Origin: the human T2T-CHM13v2.0 reference genome, Homo sapiens
Assembly: GCF_009914755.1 (NCBI RefSeq)
Contig: NC_060930.1
Length of the DNA: 64,000 nucleotides
Direction: 5' to 3' (one strand)
Below are positions 14,150-27,850 of this stretch, in pieces. The notes below the pieces were generated by a model, which saw only the letters and a list, made by a program, of their open reading frames with translations, did not search any database and was not told where the DNA came from. The position numbers and the translations under genes were made by a program. Numbering within the stretch: the first letter of the stretch is position 1; each line of letters starts with the position of its first letter.

Positions 14150-14438
14150 TTTTAATAGAGATGAGCTCTCACTCTGTCATCCAGGCTGTAATGCAGTGGC
14201 ACAATCAGAGCTCATTGCAGCCTTGGACTCCTGGGCTCAAGCGATCCTCTTGCCTCAGCCTCTGGAGTAACTGGGACTATAGGCACATGCCACATGCTAG
14301 CTAAGTTTTCTTTTAATTTGTAGAGATGAGATCTCACTCTATTGCCCAGTCTAGTCTCAAAATCTTGGCCTTAAGCGATCGTCCTGCCTTGGCTTCCCAA
14401 AATGCTCGGATAACAGCTGTGAGCCACCACCTCTGGCC
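14150..14438 (-). mobile_element. AluJ within L2 remnants (~13660-14990)
   Basis: CTCCTGGGCTCAAGCGATCCTC; diverged dimer. Confidence 0.88.
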
Positions 14439-15379
14439 CAGGGATCACCCTAGATTTTACTTTTGTCTTTTTACATACTCTTCACCCAAGAACTCATTCA
14501 TTCTCATAATTTCTACTGTCCTCTCTTAGTGGCATGACTTTCAAGACTGTCTCTAGTCCTGACAGCCCTTCCCAAGAGCTAATCTCACTTCTTCAATCAT
14601 CTTTTAAATACTTTATTCAAATGATCCTCTGCTTCCTGCCAGAATTCACAAACTCCTGCCCCATATAGTAGCTCCTTAAAATCTTCATTTTGGCAAATGG
14701 TGCTATCTTTCTTCCAGGCAGCTAGGCTCAGAATCCTTGAGGCATCTTGCTCTCTAGTCTTGCTTGACTTCTCTGACCAATTAATCGCCTGTCAATTATT
14801 CATTTTTCTAAAACCTTGCTTTCATTTTCCTTTTATTTCAACTTTCACTGTATGATACCAAATTCTGACCCTTATCACATATGGTCAGTACTATTGTAGT
14901 GATCTCCTTGCTGATCCTATTGTCTACAGCTCTTACCTATTCATACATTTTAGACAACACAGCTGAGCTGTTCTTGAACATTGTCATTTGTATACTGTCC
15001 CTTCAGTTGAATTGGGAACACAGAAAAGCTTTAAACCAAATGCACACATTTCAGATATTCAACAAATGTTTGTTCATCCACTTATTCATTCATCCAAGCA
15101 ATATTTGTAAAGTTGCCAGCTGTTTGACAAACTCTGTTAGGTGCTGGAGTATACATGTGAATAAAATGTGGTCCATGAGCATAAATGCTCTTGTGTTTTC
15201 CTTGCTGAATAAATGAACATAAGGAGGAAGGCAAAACAAGTGTCCAGGGATATGGTACTATTTGAGCAGTGTTGGGAAAGCATGAGTTTTGCATGCTTTC
15301 CCAACACCATGAGGTGTTAGTTTGAATCTAAGGATCGTATTGTACCAGTTCCATGACTGCAGTCTATCAAGCAAGAATG

Positions 15380-15825
15380 TTTATTAGTTGGGGTTCTTTA
15401 AGAAGCAGAAGCCAAGATAACAGATTTATTGGAGGAAGAACTCATGAAGGTTAAAGAAAGAAGGAGGAGTAGGTAGGGAGCCCCTTAGGCCATGATGTTG
15501 GTCTGACCCCTATGAAGGGAAGAAAGAAGGAAGAAGTTTTGGCTAAGGGCACTCTCAGATTCCAGAGCAGTTGCAGGAATGTTTTGGCCAGGTTGATGGG
15601 AGTCCTCCAGCCAAAGTGCAAGAAGACCTGCATCTCACAGGAATGGCATCTGTGCTCAGCCACTGGGAAAGAGCAGTTTGGAGGAAGTGTGGTTCTGACA
15701 AGGAGGTTGGGGATCCAGAAGTTAGCGGCTGGGCCAGCATTCAGGTGAGCTCCCTGCAGCAGGACACCTGAGCAACACACCATGCATTTGACTGATACCA
15801 ACAGAAAATTCAGCTGACACTTGCC
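15380..15825 (-). mobile_element. ERVL solo LTR (LTR16C-like)
   Basis: GAAGCAGAAGCCAAGA..AGATTTATTGG..GGTCTGACCCC..GGAGTCCTCCAGCCAAAGT. Confidence 0.7.
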
Positions 15826-15830
15826 ACAAT

Positions 15831-16023
15831 AAAGAGTTAACAAACTTTCTCTGTAAAGGGGCAGATAGTAAATCTTTTAGGCTCTGTGGGCCTTGTAACT
15901 CTTGCAGCCCAAGAGATACCATTGACATGAATGAATAGGCCTGATTGTATTCCAATAAAACTTTATTTACAAAAACAGACAGCGGGCCAGAATTTGCCTG
16001 TGGGGCATAGTTTGCTGACACCT
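15831..16023 (+). mobile_element. MER58A hAT-Charlie
   Basis: CAAACTTTCTCTGTAAAGGGGCAGATAGTAAAT...CCAATAAAACTTTATTTACAAAAACAG..CATAGTTTGCTGACACCT. Confidence 0.88.
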
Positions 16024-16239
16024 AGTTTAAGTGAATAAGGTGTTGTTTTCCTTACACAATGGGATGTCTGGAGGTAAGAGAGTGTAGGTGAAACTTCAGT
16101 GGCTCAATATGACATAAGACTTCCTTCTATACTTTTGCTTATGTATTCTCAGCATTTCTAAAGACAGGAATGACTCCTCTGATGCCTGTCCCTTATTTAA
16201 GAAGCCAAATTATTCCCCTCAAATCCCCTAGCATTAAAG

Positions 16240-17475
16240 AACTAATTAATTAATTGGTGAAATATTTATTGAGAAGCTATTACAGGCCAGGTATTTTTCT
16301 AAGTGCTCCGGCAGCACTTAGAATTTTTAACAGAACAGAAAAAAATCTTCGTTGAAATGAAAGTGACACTCTAGTGGGAAGGGGGAGAAAGACGGTAAAC
16401 AACATAAATAGTGAAAAATGTAGTAGTAGATGATGATAGATGCTATAGACAAAATAAATCCAGGAAGAAGGGAGGCTGTTCCAGGTGGTGGTAGCGGGGA
16501 GAGGTTCCTTTTTTAATGGAATGAAAAGCTGTTACTGAGAAGGTGACATTGGAATAAAGACAAGAAGGTGTTAAGAGTAAACCATGCAAATAAATTGGGC
16601 AAATATTTTCCTGGGAGGAGGACAGTGTATCAAATGCAAAGGTCTGATGCAAGGAGATTAGCGTAGCTGAAGCAGAGGGAGCTGGGGCATGGGAGAGGAG
16701 AAAGTGAGGGGCCAGGTCCTGTAGAGCCTTCTGAGCTTCTGAATGATTTTGGCTTCTACTTTGAGTGAGATGAGAAGCCATGAGACTGTTGTGAGCAGAG
16801 AAGGGACACCATCTGATTTACATTTAACAGACTCACTCTGGGTACTGTGCTGAGACCATGTGGAAGGGAGTGGCAGGATGGAAACGTGGAGACCCATTAG
16901 GAGGCTTCTAAGCTAGAAATGCTGGTGACTTGGACCAGTATGGCAGCAGTAGAGCTAGCAGAGACCAAGGATTGATTGATGATATAGAACAAGCTGCTGC
17001 CCAGTCTGGTCTCAAATACCGGTCCACAGCCTGCATGTGGCCCAGGATGGCTTTGAATGCAGCCCAACACAAATTCATAAGCTTTCTTAAAATATTATGG
17101 GATGTTTTTGTGATTTTTAAAAACTCTTCAGCCATTGTTAGTGTGTTTATGAGTGACCAGAGACAATGCTTATTCCAATGTGGCCCAGGGAAGCCAAAAG
17201 ATTGGATACTCTTGATACAGAGTGTGAGAGAAAGAGGGGCAAGGGTGGCTGAGTTTGCAGTTCTGTGCACCTGGAGCAATGAGTTGCTCTTTACTTGCAT
17301 GACAAGAACGAACAGAGGCAGCTATAGCCAGGAAGTACAGGAGAACAGAAGTGGATATGTTAGGCTGAGATTCTTAGTAGCTACCCAAATAGGGATGTTG
17401 AGTAGGCAGTTGGATACTTAAGTTCTGATATAGACTAGAAGTCCAGGCCGTAGATGTAAATTTGGGATTATTCTG
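16240..17475 (-). mobile_element. L2, interrupted by MER30, flanked by old MLT1 pieces (~16030-16235, ~17480-17640)
   Basis: AAATATTTATTGAGAAGCTA..AGGCCAGGTA, GAAGGTGACATTGGA, GTTGAGTAGGCAGTTGGATA L2 motifs. Confidence 0.8.
17002..17212 (-). mobile_element. MER30 hAT-Charlie
   Basis: GCATGTGGCCCAGGATGGCTTTGAATGCAGCCCAACACAAATTC...CAATGTGGCCCAGGGAAGCCAAAAGATTGGA. Confidence 0.9.
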
Positions 17476-17719
17476 CATACATATATATGTCATTAGCTAG
17501 AACTTTGTCATGTAGTCAGGCCATCTACAGCTGCAAAGAAGGCAGAAAAGGAGAATATGTACCATCTCCAACTTCCATCGAGAAAGGCAGCAGACAGAAA
17601 AGGATGGGAAGGTCTGCTGGGTCATTCAACCAACAATGTCTGTATTACCTAACTTCTCAGCTCTTCCTGTACAAAATAAGAATAATAAAGTCTACTTTAT
17701 ATGATTATGGTCAAAATTA

Positions 17720-18070
<351 letters not shown>

Positions 18071-18899
18071 TTATAATAGGACCTTTAAATATAGAAGTTC
18101 CCCTTTCTTTCCTTTCTGTGACCTGAGATGTCATGGAAAGTCCTTCATTAGCTCACCCCATATATTTATTTTTGGACTTCCTCATTGAACAAAATGATGA
18201 CACTGCTATTTTTATAATCACTACTGCCGCAAAAAACAGGAACTTTTTCTTGTCCCCCAAAACCACAGATTTTCCAGAGCCTCACTGGTCAAGCTGGGCT
18301 CTTGCTTCTCAGTCCCACTTTCTTCTTATCTCAGGGGTTCTGTTTTTAATTTGACATTTCAGTTTCTGTGCATAACCATGGTAGAAGGATTTCCAGATTC
18401 TTGGTAATCATTAACCAACTCAAGACAGGCATAGCCCTGCCCTGCCTCCCCCTCAGCTGAGGCCTTGCTGGAGAATGTCTGGGAAGGGCATTCACAGAGC
18501 ACGGAGACGTCCAAAGCCGCATGGAGGGTGCCTGGTGAAAGGCCAAGTGGGGGCCGAGTGTGGCCATGCCATGGGACAAGGTTGAAGAGAGCCTAATGGC
18601 ATCTGAGGAAAAAGAACTCTAAGGAAGCTATTCTCGGGGAAACGGAACATTCACCCCCAAATCTGGCCAAGCACTGTGCAGTAGACTTCTTAGGCTCCTT
18701 CTCAGCCTTATCGTTGACTCGATATTTACTTTACCCTCCCTTCCCCCTGTGCAGGGAGAAGGCCGAGACGTTTATGCCTATAGAGCGGGCCATAAAATCT
18801 TGACTCTTAGATAATATCATTTTATCATTCTTTGTAGTAGGAAAACAATAAATATTTTAAAATATGTTTGTCTGTGTTTTCAGACTTAGTGGCCAACCT

Positions 18900-18998
18900 G
18901 TGTGTGTGTGTGTGTGTGTGTCTGTGTGTGTGTGTGTGTGAGAGAGAGACAGAGAGAGAGAGAAAGAGAGAGAGAGAAAGAGAGAAAGAGAGAGAGAG
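18900..18998. repeat. (TG)n(AG)n compound microsatellite
   Basis: Directly visible. Confidence 0.95.
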
Positions 18999-19373
18999 TC
19001 TGCTAGGCCTGCCATAACAAAATACCAGACTGGGTGTCCTATATAACAGAAATTTATCTTATAGTTCTGGAGGCTGGAAGTTCAAGATCAAGGTGTTGGC
19101 AGGTTTGGTTTTTCCTGGGGCCTCTCTCCTTGGCTTGTAGATGCCGTCTTCTCCTGTGTCCTCACAGGGTCTTCCCTCTGTGTGTGTCTGTGTCTTACAT
19201 CTCTTGTTCTTATAAGGAGATCAATTGTTGTGGATTTGGACCCACACATATGGCCTCATTTTACCTTAATTACCTCTTTACAGATTCTTTCTCCAAATAC
19301 AGTCACATTCTGAGGTACTGAGCATTAGAACTTCAATATATGAATTTTAGAGGGACACAGTTTAGCCCACAAC
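18997..19373 (-). mobile_element. MLT1B/MLT1A-like MaLR solo LTR
   Basis: GCCATAACAAAATACCA..AGTTCTGGAGGCTGGAAGTTCAAGATCAAGGTG...CAGTCACATTCTGAGGTACTG..CCCACAACA; flanked on right by (TG)/(TA)/(CA) low complexity to ~19590. Confidence 0.88.
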
Positions 19374-20325
19374 AGTGTGTGTGTGTGTGTGTGTATGTAA
19401 CAGTGTATATACACACACATATACATACACGTAACATATATACAGACATATATAGTCACACACATATGCAGACACACACACACTGTTATGTGTGTGTATA
19501 TATACAGTTATATACAGTATGTAAAAACCCATACTATATATAAAATATATATTATGTAGATTTTTATGTATACTTCTTATTACACACACATCCACACAAT
19601 TCTGAGATACTGTCCAATTGTGCTTGAAACTTCCTCCTGTCTGCCTTGGGTAGCTTTCCCCATAAAGTAGACCTCACATTTCTCTGCTCTTCCGGACACT
19701 TGTTGTCTGCATTAGTTAATCTTTGCAAATTTCTCTGCAGGGCAGGCTCCCTTAACCTTCTAACCTCACCATGACTGTTAAGTAGGAACGGAATGGAGGC
19801 ACTCTGCTCCGGGGAAACTTCACCAGTGGAGCCTGTAGGTGGAATCTCAAAGCAAAAATGCCTTCTGGGTGGGGGCTGGAAGGGGTGAGCGGCCTCCTTG
19901 CTTTTGTTTCTCTGGAATTCCTTTAGCAGCAAGCAGGAAAAGTGCCCGCAGCAGGGGACTCTCACAGGGTAGACTTCTGTTTAGGCTGAGGAAGCAGGGA
20001 TCCAGCCAAAGACCAGGAAAACACCATGCTTCTGGGTTAAAGATAAACCAAGAAGGTATTTTAAAAGCGAGCTGCTGGTCCAGTGGGAACAATAGATAAG
20101 TTAAAGGCCTGGGGATGAAGCCAATTTCATCTCTGACTACTGTTGTTAGAAAACTATAAATGACATAAAAATTGGCAACAGTGGTCCACTTGAAAAGTTT
20201 TTCCAGACAATCTTAACTTTTCCTTTGGTTTATGGTCAAAATGGACAGAGACAGCTTATCTTTCCCAACAGTCCACACTTCACTCATTTGAGGTGACTTC
20301 TCTACTTGTCATTTACAAATTGGTC

Positions 20326-20328
<3 letters not shown>

Positions 20329-20372
<44 letters not shown>
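20329..20372. repeat. Perfect (GT)22 microsatellite
   Basis: Directly visible, at Alu tail. Confidence 0.97.
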
Positions 20373-20664
<292 letters not shown>

Positions 20665-20694
20665 TAACCAGATGTGGGTACTAATTTGTCTGAG

Positions 20695-20850
20695 TTCTTG
20701 CTACTCAGGGTAGCAAGGATGGGCCTCTAGCAGAAGCACTGTCTGGGAGTTTGTGGCAAATGCAGAATCTCAGGTCCCACCCAGACCTAATCTGCATTTT
20801 ACCAAGATCCCCAGTTGACCCTTATTTTTATTAAACATTGAGAATCAGTG
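20695..20850. mobile_element. MER5B-like
   Basis: AAATGCAGAATCTCAGGTCCCACCCAGACC..CTGCATTTTACCAAGATCCCCAG. Confidence 0.75.
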
Positions 20851-21069
20851 GTATAAGGCCCTAATACCCCAATAGCAACTCTTCTGAAAAGGGGAGACCA
20901 CCTCCAAAAGTGCAATACTCTTACTATATGGGATTGTTTTCATATAGTACCCGATGTTGAGTACATGATAAGCAAATAAATGCGTTTTGATCATTGATAG
21001 GTCTGCTTTCTTCCTGCTTTTTAGTCTGCACATTTGTGGTTTTCGTATTTATCTAATTACATTATTTTT

Positions 21070-21247
21070 ATGCTGTGCTATCATGGGTCACTAACTTGAG
21101 TTTCTGTGCTTCAGTTTTGTCTTCTGTAAAGTGGAATTTAAAATAATATGTGCCTCATAATATTCTTCTAAGCTGCGAATGTGTTAATACCTGCGAAGCG
21201 CTTGGTGTCCTGCCTGGCATATCACAAGAGCTCAATAAATGTTAGCT
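21070..21247 (+). mobile_element. MIR
   Basis: CTGTGCTTCAGTTTTGTCTTCTGTAAAGTGG...CCTGGCATAT..GAGCTCAATAAATGTTAGCTA. Confidence 0.85.
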
Positions 21248-21574
21248 AAAAGCACACAGCAGGACCTTCATAAATGCTTATGCTATAATACTCCTATCAG
21301 CTGAGAATTGCTATGTTTTCCTTGAATGTGTTATCTCGTTTCTCACCACCCATTTGCACGTTACCTTCCTTATTGCTGTTTAGTTCTCTTGAAGAAAGAG
21401 TAAAAGACAACCACTGTTTTCTCATTACATTGCATAACACAATGCTTAGCATATAGTGGATTCTTAGTCAGTATGGTGGAATTATCTTTGTTCATGCACA
21501 CAACTGCTTTGATAGCAAAGACTGATTTTACTTGTTTGATATTTGTTCCACTGCTGCAACGACTAAATTGGCTA

Positions 21575-23500
21575 TACTTCTTCATTCACTCATTTGACAT
21601 GACAAATTTTGACATGACAAATTCTGTTCTAGGTGCTATAAATATGGCAAGAACAAATCAAAATCTCTGCTCTTAAAGAGATAATTTCTAATGAAGGGAG
21701 GCAAATAGTAAGGAAATACATATGATATATAACGTGATCACATGTGCTACAGGTATAAAATCAATCATGATAAAGGGGAAAGAAGATGCTGGGTGGAAAT
21801 TGGTATTTTGCAAAGGGTGATCGGGAAGGTTTTGCTGATCAGGGAGCACTTGAGAAGACACCACTAGGCAAAAGGTAGCAAACTATTTAGCTAACAGCAG
21901 GGTAAGGTGGAAAGTTTTTAGACCAGCAGGCAAACAAGCAAGTGCAAATGCCCTGAGGTAGGAGCTTGCTTGGCATGTTAGGAGTCATTAGGAGGCCACT
22001 GTGGCTGAAGCAGAGTGAGAAAATAGAAGCATGGCAGTCAGGTGGGTGGGTGGAGCTACACAGGTGCAGGGTGGGGCATGGCTGCCAAGGTTGTGTGGGA
22101 ACTTGTTGGTCATTAAAAGGCTTTGGCTACTAGAAGATTTTAAGCAGAAGAGGGACATATATTTTAAAATGATTACTCCAACTGTCCTATGGAGAAATAA
22201 GGGGGCAAATATTGAAGCAGGTTAGAACACATTGGATGTGACTAAAATAATCAAGGGGAGAGATGCTGATGGCTTGACATAGGACAGCAGAGGTAAAAGT
22301 GCCAATAAATCCTCAGATACATTCAGGATATATTTTAAAGACACAGCCTATGAAGTTTACTGCATAATTAAATGTTGTGAAGTTGGGGAATAAGGGAAAG
22401 AGAGGAGCCAAAGATGATTCTAAGGTCTTTGGCCCAAGCCACTGCAAAAATTGAGTTGTTGTTTAGTGGGATTGGGGAAAAGAGCAAGTTTGAGAGGAAA
22501 ATTGAGCATCTGGATTTGGACACAGTAAGTTCAATTTGTTCAGTTGACATCCAAGTGGAGATGTCAAGTAAGGAGGAGGATGTACAGGTTAAAGTTCAGA
22601 GGAGATGGTTAGAGCCATGAAATTGTATGAGATCACCTAGCGGGTGAGGGTAGGCAGAGAGAGAAGAGCTTTGGGCTATTTCCAAATGGAAAGTTAGAGC
22701 TGATGAAGAGGAAGCAGCAAAAGAGACTGGGAAGTTCTCCAGAAGCTAGGAGAAGACCTAAGAGTCCAATAAACCAAATAGTGTTTTGATGCTTTTGCTA
22801 GTTTACACAAGACAAAAATTGAGAATTGATCATTAGATTTAATAATGAAGAATTCTCTCGCAACCTTGATACACATAGTTAACATGGAGTGGTGGGGACA
22901 AAAACCAGATTAGATTTGGGTCAAAAAGGAATAAGGAAGAAAAGTAGAGATAAGGAGAATAAACAAATCTTTTGCAAGTCCTTTGAAAAGTTTTGCTCTA
23001 AAGAGAAGCAGAGAAATTAGGTGGTCACGGAGAGAGATGGAGAGGGCAAAGGAGGATTAAAAAGATGGGGGGCCTTATAATGTGTTGACATATTTATGAG
23101 AATTCTCTAACAGGGAAGAGAGACAATGAGGCAGGAGAGAGGGCTCACTCCTCAAGATGATAGGAGGGGGTGGGATCTAACGCCTAAGTGTCATCGTTGC
23201 TGTTGGTTAGCAGTAATGACAGCGTATCTGTGGCAAAACAGAGAAAAAGCAGAATGTATGGACTGGCACAGATATCAGTTGTTGAGTAAAGGTGATGGTG
23301 GCAGAATGGGGGGTTTCTCTTTAATTTCTACTTAAAAAATGGAAATAGGGAGATAAGGAAGCGAGATGAGGCGTTTTAGAAGAAAGAAGGTGGGAAATAA
23401 ACATCAAAGATGGTGGGAGAGAGTGGGGTTTGGACACATGGAATCTCTGATGGGCAATATTCAGGTCCACGTGCGGCTTGTGGTCATGAGTTTAATGTGG
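21575..23500 (-). mobile_element. L2 long fragment
   Basis: CATTCACTCATT start; GACATCCAAGTGGAGATGTCAAGTA; GGAGTGGTGGGGACAAAAACCAGATT. Confidence 0.8.
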
Positions 23501-23954
23501 AACCAGGCAGCGTCTTAGTATGCTTTTCTTTGGTCTCTTGCTGCAGTCCAGGCACAGGTGTGAAACTCATCAATAATTGTACCTTACACGGCTGTACTCA
23601 TGGGTGGGCACCATGTGCACACAGCCATTGCAGGGACTGCATTTCCAGCTCTTTAGGAAGCCCACAGAAGAAGCACACTGAATACAAGTTATTGAGGAAA
23701 ATCATTTACTCCCAAAGAATAAGCTGTTTCCTTGATATTCAGTTATTCAGTTCACATTGAATTTTGACATTCTTATTTTCAAAGACATTTATATATGAGA
23801 AAGTGATATATTTATGCATTCTTCAGCCCATGTAATTCTTCAATTTTGCTTAGGCACATTTAGCCAAGCCATCTTCATGACCCTTAAAACATGGTAACTT
23901 TATTTAGTGCCTACACTTCAGAGTGGGCAGCTTTCAACTAGAAAGTTGTTCATT

Positions 23955-23969
23955 CTGCTGAGTCAGCAG
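23955..23969. promoter_or_regulatory. Perfect palindromic T-MARE (Maf/CNC/AP-1 site)
   Basis: CTGCTGAGTCAGCAG contains the exact 13-bp consensus TGCTGA(G/C)TCAGCA in non-repeat sequence; function untested. Confidence 0.55.
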
Positions 23970-24195
23970 TGTGCTGAAAAGCCAGAAAGGGTTAATGCAG
24001 CTATTTCTGGGGTTCATAGTATCTCCTCCATGCCAGGATATTGCTTATTTTATTATTAAAAATAAAAATCTTTTGTTTTTCCCACAAGGTTGAGGAAGCC
24101 CTTAAAGATCGATCTGTGTCATCCCAATTTCCCTTCTTGCCCCTTCCTCCAGTGTCAATTTACATTATTACTCAACTTGCATGACTATTTCTTAC

Positions 24196-24238
24196 CTGGT
24201 ATAGCAGTATTTGGAAGAGGCCTTAAAAGCTGAGGGCC
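24196..24238 (-). other. Candidate 43-nt exon
   Basis: ggctcactcatttcctccttgccag|GGCCC...ACCAG|gtaagaa; no transcript evidence. Confidence 0.3.
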
Positions 24239-25047
24239 CTGGCAAGGAGGAAATGAGTGAGCCTTATTCTCCTAAACATCTTTTGCAACCTCCTGTGGTG
24301 AGTGCAGGGGTTGCTCTGCGCTTCTCAGTTCTTGGGCCACTCTTGGGCAATGGGAAGCTGACTGTGCCCATGGTCACTAATGGTCCTTGACACGGTGTTT
24401 GTGTTGAACTCTCCAATGTATGCACGCGTTGTTGGCTGTTATTACTTGCGACGCACAGGTGCAGGAAATACCCAGGGGGCTTCCCCACAGATCTGTGCTA
24501 TGCACATCGTCCATTCGATGACACCCTGTACTCTTTCACACCCCGCCCCCCCTCAAGTCTTCCCTGATAATGCCAGGGCAGGGACATTCTGTTCTGAGCT
24601 CATTAGTCAAGAATGTCACCAGACTGTCCTGAAGAGGGTTTTCTCTGGTGTGAGCTCTCCGTCGTTGGGAAAGAAAATCTGAAAATCATTCTGTCTTTCC
24701 ATGAGTCCAACTCAGGGTTGCATTCCCTCACCTGTGTCCAGCCACCAGAGAGATCCCCTTCCAACTACAGGGAACTCACAAAAATGCCCAAATTAGTGGC
24801 TCCCTGACAGACAGAAGAGTTTAATTGGTTCCTGGAATAGTGATCTTTGAATTCATTTCTCCGAATGGTTCATGATTTTGTTTCATTTTTCTGGGAAACG
24901 CAGCCCTTCTAGTGCACTCATTTGGAGGAGAGTAACATTCGTGCCTGCCTGCAGCCTGTTTGCAGGAATCTCTGGGAAAGCTATAGGGTCAAGCATTTGA
25001 TTCACAAATATTTATCAAGCGTCTACCCTTTGCGCTGTTCTTCAGAT

Positions 25048-25390
25048 AAGTGATTCTCAAATTTTGCTGCATTTTAGAATCCCTTGGGAGCTTAACAAAA
25101 ATCCTGATGTCCAAGTTACAGTCCATACCAAGTAAGCCTCTGGGGATGGGACCCAGGCATCTGGATTTTTTGAAGCTCTCTGGGTGATTTCAATGTATAC
25201 CCACACTTGGAACCTATGCTTTTTGACAGTGCTCCTCAACTTTAATATGAACACAAGTTACCTGGGGATCTTGTTAAAATGGAAATTTTGATTCATTTGG
25301 TCTGGGGTGGGGCCTGGGATTCAGCATTTCTCTAAAGTTCCCAGGGAATCCTGATGCTGCTGCTCTACAGACCACATTTTGAGTAACAAG
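25048..25390. mobile_element. Adjacent MER5A1-like (25048-25222) and MER5B-like (25227-25390) elements
   Basis: AGTGATTCTCAAA..TTAGAATC..GGGACCCAGGCATC; CAGTGCTCCTCAAC..GGTCTGGGGTGGGGCCTG..GACCACATTTTGAGTA. Confidence 0.8.
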
Positions 25391-25394
25391 CAAT

Positions 25395-25785
25395 AAAGTT
25401 CCTTTATTCCCAGATGTGTCCAACTTTCCCGGCTCAGAGCCTCCACACATGCTATTCTTCTTTCCCTGGAACTACCTCCCTGAAACTCCCAGCCAAGATG
25501 CCTCTCCATCCTTTGGTCCTCCAGTTTTACCTCGCCACCCAATATAATCTCCACCTTCTTTCTCTAATTCTGTATCACTGTGTGCTTACTTGCTAGAATT
25601 ATCACATCTCATAATTATTTATTCATTTTCTTGTTTCCTTGTTTTCTCAATGATCTCTCCCACTAGTGCAAGTGCCAAGAAGCCAGGAGCCATGTCTATT
25701 TTCTTCTCTACAAGTTCTACTCAGTACCTAATTCAGTGACTAATACAGAGCAGGAATTTGACAGATGCCTGTTGAATGAATGACA
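25395..25785 (+). mobile_element. L2 3' end
   Basis: Ends GTTGAATGAATGA. Confidence 0.7.
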
Positions 25786-25981
25786 ATAGGGGATTTTGGA
25801 CAGTTGGATTAATTTTTCCATTTAAGGTAAGACAAGTAAGGTAAGACAAGTAATCACCTGGAGAGCTTCAAAAAATCCTGATGCCTATGTCCCATACCCA
25901 GAGGCTTATTCGGTATGGACTGTGACTTGGTAATAAAAATAATAAAAGTAACAGAAGAGAGAATCTTTGAGCATGTCTTAC

Positions 25982-26047
25982 CTGGCCATTTTCCTGACAT
26001 GAATGTTGACAGAAGTATGGTATAGCTCAGCAAGCTCAGACCCTTTT
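25982..26047 (-). other. Candidate 66-nt exon
   Basis: gttcttcttgaagctctgtttttag|AAAAG...GCCAG|gtaagac; no transcript evidence. Confidence 0.3.
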
Positions 26048-27379
26048 CTAAAAACAGAGCTTCAAGAAGAACACTAGTAAAATCTACTGTATTGCCTAGG
26101 GAAGGTGCCCTGTTCTTACGAAAGGATGAATCATCAGTTTCCCAGTGTTATCTTTTCAGGTCATTGCAGCTCACTAAAATAGCACCCAAGGTAAATAATC
26201 AACAGAGAAGTACCATAAATGTCTCAGCAATTGAGTTAACCTTGGAGCTGCTTCTCTACTAACCTGATACCATATCTGAGGCCTTAGCTCCCAAGGGCAG
26301 GATCTTATCCTTTGCCAAATCTGGACTTAGATGTCAAGCACACCAAGAATCTTGTTTAACACTTCATTTTAAATTTAACTGGTGAAAATACACATACACA
26401 AAAAGTCATATTGATTTTCCATGGTCGGTGCAGAGGTCAGATGTGATAGTCTAAGGCTTTGTGCATTACTGGCAAGGGACCACGATGAAGCCAACTGAAG
26501 TAATCTAGTGGGATTAAGAGAAGAGATACAACCTTTGTCAAGTCTCACAAAAGCCCAGAATGGGAGACAAGGTGCTATTCATGTGTGCCTTAATTTTGAG
26601 AAAACGAAGGCACAGAAGGACAGACCCATTGCCTAAAGTCACCCAGTGAGTTCAGGTTGGGAAGCTGGGAAGAAGAATAGCACCAGAGCATCTCTGTCCC
26701 CATCAGAGGCTTCAAGTCACTCAGCCATACAGTTTTCCTCTTCCTAAATTCAGCAAGCAATTTATGTATTATATTGTTTTTAATTTTTCTAAATGGGGTG
26801 TGATAGAATAACAGGTCTGTTTCAAGCATATACATCCTGAAGATAATGAATGTTTGCGTTTGCCTTGTGTATTTATTTAGTTTTCATTTAGAAAAATCGG
26901 CTGTTACCATTGACCTTCTCCTTGGTGCTGGGATGCCCACGGGCTGTGGATACTGGTGTGTGCATGTTAGTGATGCCTCCCTTTGCACCTTGTAGTACAG
27001 CAAACAGAAAAATGGCCAGAGGGCATTGGGGTGGTATTTAGGGACAAGACACATGCCGTCTATGTGTTTGGTGATGCCATGTGTATCAGTGCCACAATGT
27101 TATTTAATCTGATCCACACATGTCTAAGGAAATTTTGGTGAGATTATCCATCTCTTGGTCACATTCCAGGGTCTGGAAGTCTCTATAATGTCTAGGGTGT
27201 AGATAAGCAAAAATATAAATCAGTAAGAGTAGATGAGTGCTGGAGAAAGTTTCACTTTGGCCAATCAGTTCTAACCCTAAGAAACGGGGATAAAATCCAT
27301 TCTATTGTGGGCTTCAGAAGAATCTATGAGGAACAGGAGTTTGATCAGGGTATAATATCTCACAGAGCTGGCAGAACTG

Positions 27380-27850
27380 AAGAAGCTGCCTTGAGAAATC
27401 ACAGAATTCATAGGATCTCAGCTTTGGGTACCACACGGGGGTTCTCCTCACCTAACACAGGTGTCCTTGGTGAGCATTCCTATAGCACTGTGATTGAGGG
27501 AGAGCTCAGATCTCCGGGAAGAGTTGTCCTTTGTTTGTTCTAATTTTAAAGTAGGTCTTCCTTAATTTGAGCCTATGTCAGCATCACTGTAACCTCCACA
27601 CATTTGTCTTAGTTCTCACCTCTAAGAGCAATCCTCCTCCTGGCCATTGCATGTCCCTTACAGCAGTAGAGCTGAATTAATAAGTTTAAAAAGAAAAGGC
27701 TCTTTCTTCACAACAACAGTCCTCTGGAAGCTTAGACATAGATATTAAGAATGGATTTATTTAGTATTCTCTTCAATACTTGGAATATGAACACAACTGC
27801 TTGTTTCTTGTATGATATGGTTCTAGACCCCTCATGCTAGCTGTCCTTCA
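27380..27850 (-). mobile_element. L3/CR1-like fragment
   Basis: Starts AGAAATCACAGAATTCATAGGATC (reverse of the CR1 GATTCT tail), then GTCTTCCTTAATTTGAGCC..CATTTGTCTTAGTTCT. Confidence 0.55.

Noticed and set aside
16930-17421. 163-aa ORF
   Set aside because: Runs through MER30 and L2; chance open frame.
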